Positions 56,091 to 64,000 of a stretch of 64,000 nucleotides of DNA are shown piece after piece (position 1 is the stretch's first letter; each line of letters starts with the position of its first letter). The notes beneath the pieces were generated by a model. That model was not told where the DNA came from. It saw only the letters and a list, made by a program, of their open reading frames with translations, and made no database searches. Both the position numbers and the translations under genes were made by a program. The DNA is from Eledone cirrhosa (Eukaryota). The stretch is taken from the NCBI GenBank assembly GCA_964016885.1, contig OZ024741.1, positions 198,090,001 to 198,154,000 on the forward strand. Reading direction: 5' to 3'.

Positions 56091-56604
56091 CGCGCGCGCG
56101 CACATGCACTGAATATAAACTTTATGTTTTAAATGATATATGTATGCAGAACTTCCTTATGATGACTGAGTCATCTTTTTCTCTGGTACTGGTGCTAGTG
56201 TTGTTACGGTCAACGCTGGTGCTTTTCGTAGTAAGTTTGAAATATTTGGGGCATAGTTCAGTCTGGAATTCTGGTTGTGAGCAGGGTTTAATATATGTTG
56301 ATAGAATATGCCGATGTAAATAATAGATTATATGGTTGTGTGAGAAATATATATATATATGTGTGTGAGAGAGAGAGAGACCGTGTGTGTGTATATACGG
56401 TCTCCTACCTGTTTTACTCCACATAATTGGGTGTAGTGGGTGGTGTAACGAGTATTGCCAACTTGTCCTCGGGGTGCAGCTGAGACATATCACCTAAACA
56501 AGGGTACTTAGTCAGCCCGTCGCTCCCCCATTCATGTTATTTTTAACATTTAATTTTTTTTTTCTGCCAATATATTTCAATTGATTAATGTTATTCATGT
56601 AAAT

Positions 56605-56935
56605 TGTTTGGCTGTGGTGTTCGGCTCACACTTGTAAAGTTCAGAGTTCGATTCCTGGCAGCACGTTCAGTCTTTGAACAAAACATTTTATTTCACGTTG
56701 CTCCAGTCAACACAGCTGGCAAAAATGAGTCGTATATATTATTCAAAGAGCTAACCTTATCACACACCATGTCAGGCTGCATTTCCCTGAAACTACGTTC
56801 AGGTTGCTCGTATCTGTGGAATACTCAGCCACTTGTACGTCAATTTCATGAGCAGGTTGTTCCGTTGTTCAAACAACTGAAACACTCATCATCTGAATTG
56901 ACGGAGGTCCAATACACACAGCGTTTACACTATAC
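56605..56935 (+). mobile_element. tRNA-derived SINE-like element
   Basis: GAGTTCGATTCC B-box followed by attttatttcacgttgctccagtcaacacagctggcaaaaatgagt. Confidence 0.55.
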
Positions 56936-58064
56936 TTATATAAGAATATGTATGTGAAAAGTGTATAGTTTTTTGTATTAGTGACTGTTGAAGTTAATAT
57001 GTCTGTTATGTAGTTGTGGTTGGTGAGTGTGTTGGTGTTTGCAGCGAGTGTTGCTGGTCCGTGGGGTGCAGTTGTAGAGTCTCTCATCCTCTCCTTTTCC
57101 CCTTCTTTTTCTTCCTTGCCTAATAGTCCTTGCTTTTCCTATAGTCCTTGCGCTTTCTCTCTTCTCATTTATGGCCTTTATATTTCTTTCTTTTACTTTC
57201 CTATACAGCCAGAACTGCCCTTCTTTACCCCTTGCCCCTTTTTTCATTACTTAATTTTGTTTTCATATTTTTTAATATTTTCCATCATTGTATAACATTT
57301 GGTTTCTGGAATATAAAGATTACCTAAAACAAATTCTAGTAGTTGATCTACACCTAATCAATTTTACTTATTCCCCTCTCCCCGCTTTGTCTTTCTCCAG
57401 TTGTTAAGTGTTACTTCATTTGACGTACTTCATTTCAGAATTTCACCTTTTTCAATATTCCTTAATTACTTTCTTACGTATTTAATTACTTTATTATACC
57501 CATAATTAATTTCTATGACCACAATAATTCTATCCTTTTAAGCTCATTAATATATTTGTCACAAAACCCGTATATTCCATTTATTTTATTCGGCATATTC
57601 TATCAACATATTTTAACCCTTGCCCCAAACCAGAATTCTAACTTAAACTATACTCCCATTATTCCAAACATGCGCTATAATAGATTCACCCCACCTTTAA
57701 ACATACTAATGAAACGAATTTGCCTTCTCCGTTGAAGACCCTTCAGGGATGCCTTTTCTTTGGATATCATGAACCTATCAAATTACACATCAAAATTTTA
57801 GGTCCAGCCCCTTTCATTTTAGACTATTCTAGGTCTTTTTGATCACGTGACAGAACGTCATAAAAACCAGACGTGACAGAACGTCATAAAAAAAAAGACG
57901 AAACATTTTATGTCAGTCAGATTCGTCTTTCAGCTAGTATTTCCTGCCAACAATTTCTTGTGCTTTGATTTCTCTTCAATACACGAACTATTAAGTGTTC
58001 TTTGAATACAAAAGCATTATGTTTTCACAAAGAATTCATCGTTTGGCCTTACATTTATTAATAA

Positions 58065-59106
58065 CTAGCTGAGGTACCCAGCGTTGCTAGGGTTTAAGTA
58101 ATACAATTGTTTGTGCAGAAATAACACTTGATGAAGCTCTCGGTTGAATTAAGTCTTATAGGAAAGCACGGTCATCGTCGGGGATGTCCACACACGTCCA
58201 ACTGGTTAATACGACTCGCAGAGGCCTTCTATCCGTCCCGTAAGATGTTCCATTCGGTTAAATATACGCATGTTAGCAGCAAAGAAGATACAGCCTGGGG
58301 TGGGTAGGTAATTTTTAAATATCCTTACGGCCCGCGTGTTAACTGAGGCCCGTTGAAGATTTCTATTTGATTCGCAAAGGGTTCCGCCCGGTATACATTT
58401 TTGGAAAATGTATTACCCAACCAGAGCCCATAAATCCCATTTTTCTGGGTAAAACTCGGCCCGTGGAGGGCAAATTCAATTGTTATCCATTCCATTGCTG
58501 TACAGCCCTCTGTCCCGCTGGAGAAAACCATCCACTGCATATAAGTGGTGTATCTATGATGTTTGAAAAAAGCATTTGTGACATTCGATATTTGCGGTGT
58601 TTTCGCTTTATTAAGGTGCTCTGGGGGCACTTTTAACACCTTATTGATACATAAATAATGCACCTGTAGAGTTTAAAGCAAATTGGTTGCTCATATCAGA
58701 AGAAACAAACCAAATGAAAAATAGGTTTGTGCGGCTTTTTGCCTTCCGCGAGTTGTTTGCGGTGGGTTCTTTTCTTAGCATAAACCCATCCTTAGCACAT
58801 AATTTATCTGTGTTTCAATTTTGAAGGAAATCGATTGAGAACTTTAAAGGTTATGGCAGAAAATAACACTCATATGAGCATTTGCATGCAAATGTCCTAT
58901 TGATTTATAAAAAAATCGATGCAGACTGGGAATTATCGATTTTTTTTAAACTTCAAAGTACGTAAGAAATCAAATGGGCATGAGAGCCACACGCGTGTCA
59001 ATTTTCATCAAGATCCGTTTGGTAGTTTTTGACTTTTAGGTTCACAAACAAATCCAGAAACTAACACACGCACAAACAGACAGAAATTACCATTTATGCA
59101 TATAGA
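58065..59106 (-). mobile_element. Non-autonomous Helitron
   Basis: The minus strand starts TCTATATGCATAAA..tctgtctgtttg and ends ACCCTAGCAACGCTGGGT..CTAG. Confidence 0.75.
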
Positions 59107-59132
59107 TTACACCCACATAGCATTATTTTTAA

Positions 59133-59200
59133 CTAGCAGAAAAACCACCCTTCGAGTGGTTTTCTGCTGGCATGTGTAGTGTGTATATTGATATTATACG
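59133..59200 (-). mobile_element. Helitron-like 3' end (5' extent unknown)
   Basis: CTAG at 59133-59136 next to hairpin AAACCAC..GTGGTTT. Confidence 0.45.
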
Positions 59201-60412
59201 CAAGTATATATGCATGTAGATATGATACATCAAATAAAATCGTAATTGACAATATACATAGAAATTGAACGAAGACTGTGTTTCACTGTCTTATGTAATC
59301 AGTAACGTAAGACGATATTATATATAAACTGCATTAGGAGAAAATTGGTGACAGAAATATATGAATATTTATTTAAATGATCACTAACCGGAAGTGTCGA
59401 CATTTGAAAATTTTAAAGAAGTGAATGTTTAAATAAGTAATAACATATATTTAATGAACAGCCACGAAATTTAGTGAATAAATTATGTAATATTCATTCA
59501 TTATTTATTCAAAGAAATCCAACTTATTTTACGAAGGGGATAAAATAATTATAAACCGTACGCAGTCCCGCGCTTCTTACTTTATTATAGTTTAGATTGT
59601 AATTAATGTTGGATTGAATCTGTACGTTATTTCTTCTACGTAGTAATGTTACGTTAACCGTATGTTGTCTGCTTAAATAAAGAGATTTTAATTTATACAC
59701 AGTTTTCTTTGAGTGTGCTTTTTTTTTTTTGTTCGTTTGTTTTTGTTTGTTTGTTTTTTTTTTTTGTTTTTTTTTTTGTTTGTTTTTTTTCTTTGATATA
59801 TTTCGTCGCTACATAAGGTTGATGATCTGAACGTACAAACATAAATGGTATCCTCTACAATGTTATTCATGTATTTCTCACAATATCATATATTGCATTA
59901 TTTTCATCAGCAGACCTGAGAAAGGCGGCTGAAAATTCCAGCACATATCATTCAGTCCGTGTTGAGACCAGACATCATCTTAGTTTCTGAGGTGAGAAGA
60001 CAGGCATATTCTAGTGGAGCTAACTGTAGCCTCGGAGGAGGGTATGACGTTGGTACATGAAATGAAGAGAGAAACTACCCGGATGACTGGCACAATAATG
60101 GGGCGAGGACCAGGTTAATGCAAGTGAAGGTTGATAGTCAAGGGTTCACAAGTCGTTCCCACAGTAAAGCTTATGAAACTCTGGACATTTTGGGAACGAA
60201 CAGAAAGAGAGCCGTCAAAAACAGAGTGGAAACAAGAGAGACGGCATCTAGATGGCTATGGTTGAAGAGATGTGAGTGAGTGATGGAATCAGTAGTATGT
60301 CGGCTACTTGGACACTAGCCGAGGCTTGATCAATTTCCCGTGTCACCTGGATAACAGTGATAACAGTGTATGTTCTTGACTCGAAACAGCCAGTGACTCC
60401 AAGATACAACAA

Positions 60413-60506
<94 letters not shown>

Positions 60507-60573
60507 TTGTTGTATCACTTTCTATATATAAACGGGAAAAATGAAACGAAATTTCATTTCTCACTCTTATATT

Positions 60574-60682
<109 letters not shown>

Positions 60683-60727
60683 AGAAAAAGCGAAGTAGTT
60701 TCAGATGTTAAAGTCCTTTAATGATAA

Positions 60728-60802
60728 TTCTGTGATACATATTTCAATGACGACAGTGGCCACACGGTTCGGTGCGCCCAGTGCCGTGACATCATCAGAA
60801 AA
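60728..60802 (-). ncRNA. Hammerhead-like motif related to family G
   Basis: Minus strand: CTGATGA-TGTC-ACGGCA..TGTCGT-CATT-GAAA-TATGTA-TC. Stem I is weak. Confidence 0.55.
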
Positions 60803-61097
60803 GCTCCTTACATAATAAGGTTATATATATGTCAATACTCATCTTTTTCTATTTCTCCGAGGGTTCTTAACCCCACTATCAGGCTAAATAATTTCTTTAA
60901 TTTCTTTAGTCAAAATACGGTGATAGCTTACATTTCTAATAATGTCAAACCCACTCGCTGTTTCGAAAATATTCTTATATATTAGAAAGTGGGGTTTTTT
61001 TACAAAATGAAAAAAAAAACGAGTGAAGTATAAGGAACAAAGATGAAATCTTAAATACAACTGGATTCTTCTTTTTTAAATATATATTTATTTGGTT

Positions 61098-61136
61098 CCT
61101 TTACCGGTTTCGCAGTTCTTCTGCTTTTCAAAAGTA
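61098..61136 (-). ncRNA. Minimal hammerhead, U3-A8 variant
   Basis: Minus strand: CTT-TTGAAAA-GCAG aagaa CTGC-GAAA-CCGG-TA^AAG. Confidence 0.6.
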
Positions 61137-61902
61137 GAATTGAGATGGAGGGTTTGGGGTTTTTCTCACATCATATATATAGAGGAAATGGTATATATTT
61201 TATCTAATAATTCTAAAGACATGATTTATGATATATATATATATATATAAATATTTCATTCATTTATTTTGTTTGACCCGTTTAGCTTGCTTCGTTTTGG
61301 GGGGTTTAGGTGGTTGATAGCTTCTTAACCGCCGTCTCAGTTTGAATGGCCTTTATAACATATGTTTATTGCGCTGGTCTCTTTTGGTTCATGGAGCGCT
61401 TGCCAACACAGATCCGAAATTGCGTTTCGCTTATTTCTACCTGCCGAAATACGATTCTCGCTGAATTTATATTTATTTTTCTTTAGAACAGCTGGACTTA
61501 CAACCTAACAGTTCCTTCTAGCACTGATGGTGATTATCGCTAAATATTGATATTGATTTAGTTATTAATATTAATATTATTGGGCACCCACTGAAGATTT
61601 ATAAGAGCCCACTTGCATAAGAATCCATTGATCTTACACAAGCTTCTACATAAATTGATATAATTTCACCCACCATGTAGAAATCTGATAATGAAACGAT
61701 TCGTTTTGGAAATGAGTTATATAATATATCTCATATAAAATAATACAGCCAATTATCCACAAAATACAATATAGTTAGCAGCCCAAACGTTTAATTGGGA
61801 ATATACTCCTGTATCTCCTAATGTTTGTTGAATGAGTTAGAAATTGGTCGGAGTATCGCTAATAGCTTTCTCCGTTTATGTAATTATGTATTATGCTCTT
61901 GG

Positions 61903-62400
61903 ATTCATCAGCGTGTGTAAGGCTATACATTTCAGACAACTCTAAGAGAATTTAAAGCGACTGTCCAGCTACACGTGGGAGAGAGAAGTCACAGCGTGTT
62001 TAGGGCAGGGAACCAGTGTATTTTAAAGAGCTCAGGATTCCCTCTCCTTTGAGCACATTATTGACAGGGAGTAGCGAGAGTCTATGGCTCCGTTAATCTA
62101 TCGTGATATTTCGCTCCTTATAACAGTCTTTTCTCTCTCTCTATTTGGTTGAGCACACTCGTCTGAGTGGTTTTGGGCTGCCCTTTCTAGCAGCTCGTCC
62201 CTCAGACACCACTGGTTCCGTTCCCTAAACACGTTGTGACTTCTCTCTCCCACGTGTAGCTGGACAGTCGCTTTAAATTCTCTTAGAGTTGTCTGAAATG
62301 TATAGCCTTACACACGCTGATGAACCATTGGCTATTTATTTCTGTCAACAAATTATTGGCGAAACAGATCTCTTTGGATTTGTACGTGGGTGTTATATAG
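61903..62400. mobile_element. Fold-back insert with type-I HHR at 62309-62392 (+)
   Basis: Arms 61903-62018 and 62206-62324. Motif ACACACG-CTGATGA-ACCATTGG..TTATTGGC-GAAA-CAGATC tcttt GGATTTG-TA^CGTGGGT. Confidence 0.75.
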
Positions 62401-62519
62401 TTATAGAGGTTTGTATGTACACTTTAATTTATATTTTTAATTACCGTGTGTCTACCCTACCTTTCATAGGTTATAGATTCCATACACTGGTGGTTTTTCC
62501 CTGTTTTATTGATGGCGCA

Positions 62520-62626
<107 letters not shown>

Positions 62627-62733
62627 GTGTGTTACCTTTTCAACATATTGTATTTTAAAGATCTTAGGATTCCTTCTCCTTTGAGCACATTATTGACAGG
62701 GAATAGCGAGAGTCTATGGCTCCGTTAATCTAT

Positions 62734-62845
<112 letters not shown>

Positions 62846-63399
62846 GTTATTCCCGGTTGAATCGGAGGTAACCACAGTAAGTAAGGTACTCAATACATAG
62901 CAGAGTATAAAAGTTTTAATATACATGAGATTCTACAGGACTAGAACTGTTTCATTCTTTAGAAATCATCAGGAATATATATATATATATATATATAAAA
63001 GCTTCTGAAGATACAGGATTTAGATTAATGGTAATGGCAGATTCCCCGATTCAATGCGCAGATTGTAATATACAGACACATCTTTATATATTAATAATGG
63101 AGCATGAACGGCTTTTTTACTATTTCTATTTCTCATCTCCTTCTTTTTGGAACATATGTAACACAAATAAAATGTCATAAATTTCTTTACCTTGCTTCTC
63201 TATCTGTTATTATTTATGCTCTCTGTACATTCACATTTATTCAACATGTCAGATTTCTTTATTCCTAATACTGTACGGATTAATCCTGTATCAATCGACT
63301 CTGTTCTACTTTTCATTTATTGCGGATTGTGGATCTACATTGAGCTTGAAGTTTTGTTGGGTAACTTTCTTCACCTTGATATATATACACACAATGCAA

Positions 63400-63672
63400 T
63401 GCACAATGTAAATATTAATGAAAGAGTGTTTAATCTTTCAAACATTTAATAATTAACTATAGTTTCATCCTAGCACAAGGCAGGATTCTTCGGAGTTATT
63501 ACAAAAGTTAAACACAAATAGTATTAAAGCTTTGCTTCAGGAACATTTGGAGGATACATATTATGAGAGATTAGATAAGAGCAACCATTAATATTGCCTA
63601 GTGCTAGGATGAAATGATTGTTAGTTATTAAATATTTCAAAGATTAAAGACTCTGATTATTATTTACATTGT
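63400..63672. mobile_element. Old diverged fold-back with HHR-like motif at 63448-63500 (-)
   Basis: Minus strand: AATAACT-CCGAAGA-ATCCT..AGGAT-GAAA-CTATAG-TT^AATTATT. Confidence 0.65.
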
Positions 63673-63751
63673 ATTTCGGCTCTGTATAATACTTACATCG
63701 AGCTATATTCGTACTTGTAACTGGGTAATATTTAATATTACTCACCATATA

Positions 63752-63975
63752 TAATTAGAAAGTGAACAACACAAAATATATCTACTCCATTACCAAATCC
63801 CAGAAATCCTAGACAATAATAATATACGTCTGGCTCGGTCGTGACGACCGATCCAGACGTATATTATTATTGTCTGGGATCCAGAAATCTTTGGTAATGG
63901 AGTAGTTATATTTTGTGTTGTTCACTTTCTAATTAAATAGCTCTGTTCTATACATAGAGCACTCTTTTTTCTTTT
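63752..63975. mobile_element. Fold-back insert whose terminus is shared with 34830-34900 and 40320-40390
   Basis: Apex near 63842 (ggtcgtgacgacc). The end ttctaattaaatagctctgttctatacatagagcactc matches the other two loci in reverse. Confidence 0.7.
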
Positions 63976-64000
63976 GTGCGTGTGTGTGTGTGTGTGTGTG

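Overview
AT-rich, microsatellite-laden eukaryotic (animal) DNA. The SINEs resemble those I recall from octopus or other cephalopod genomes; this is inference only. No host protein-coding gene is supportable, and most short ORFs are translations of (TA)n, (CA)n or (GA)n. The window is a graveyard of mobile elements: Penelope-like elements (PLEs, RT plus GIY-YIG), two R4/Dong-type RLE LINEs, two RTE LINEs, tRNA-derived SINEs and non-autonomous Helitrons, including a 4-unit tandem array. The dominant unexplained structure is about 25 asymmetric fold-back inserts, mostly embedded in (TA)n. Each consists of two opposite-facing 3' fragments of one element joined at their 5'-truncated ends. These inserts and other PLE remnants carry roughly 20 type-I hammerhead ribozyme (HHR) motifs from about 10 sequence families. 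Many have family-specific palindromic helix III sequences, and several have a compensatory U3-A8 core. All folding was done by eye, and element edges are approximate.
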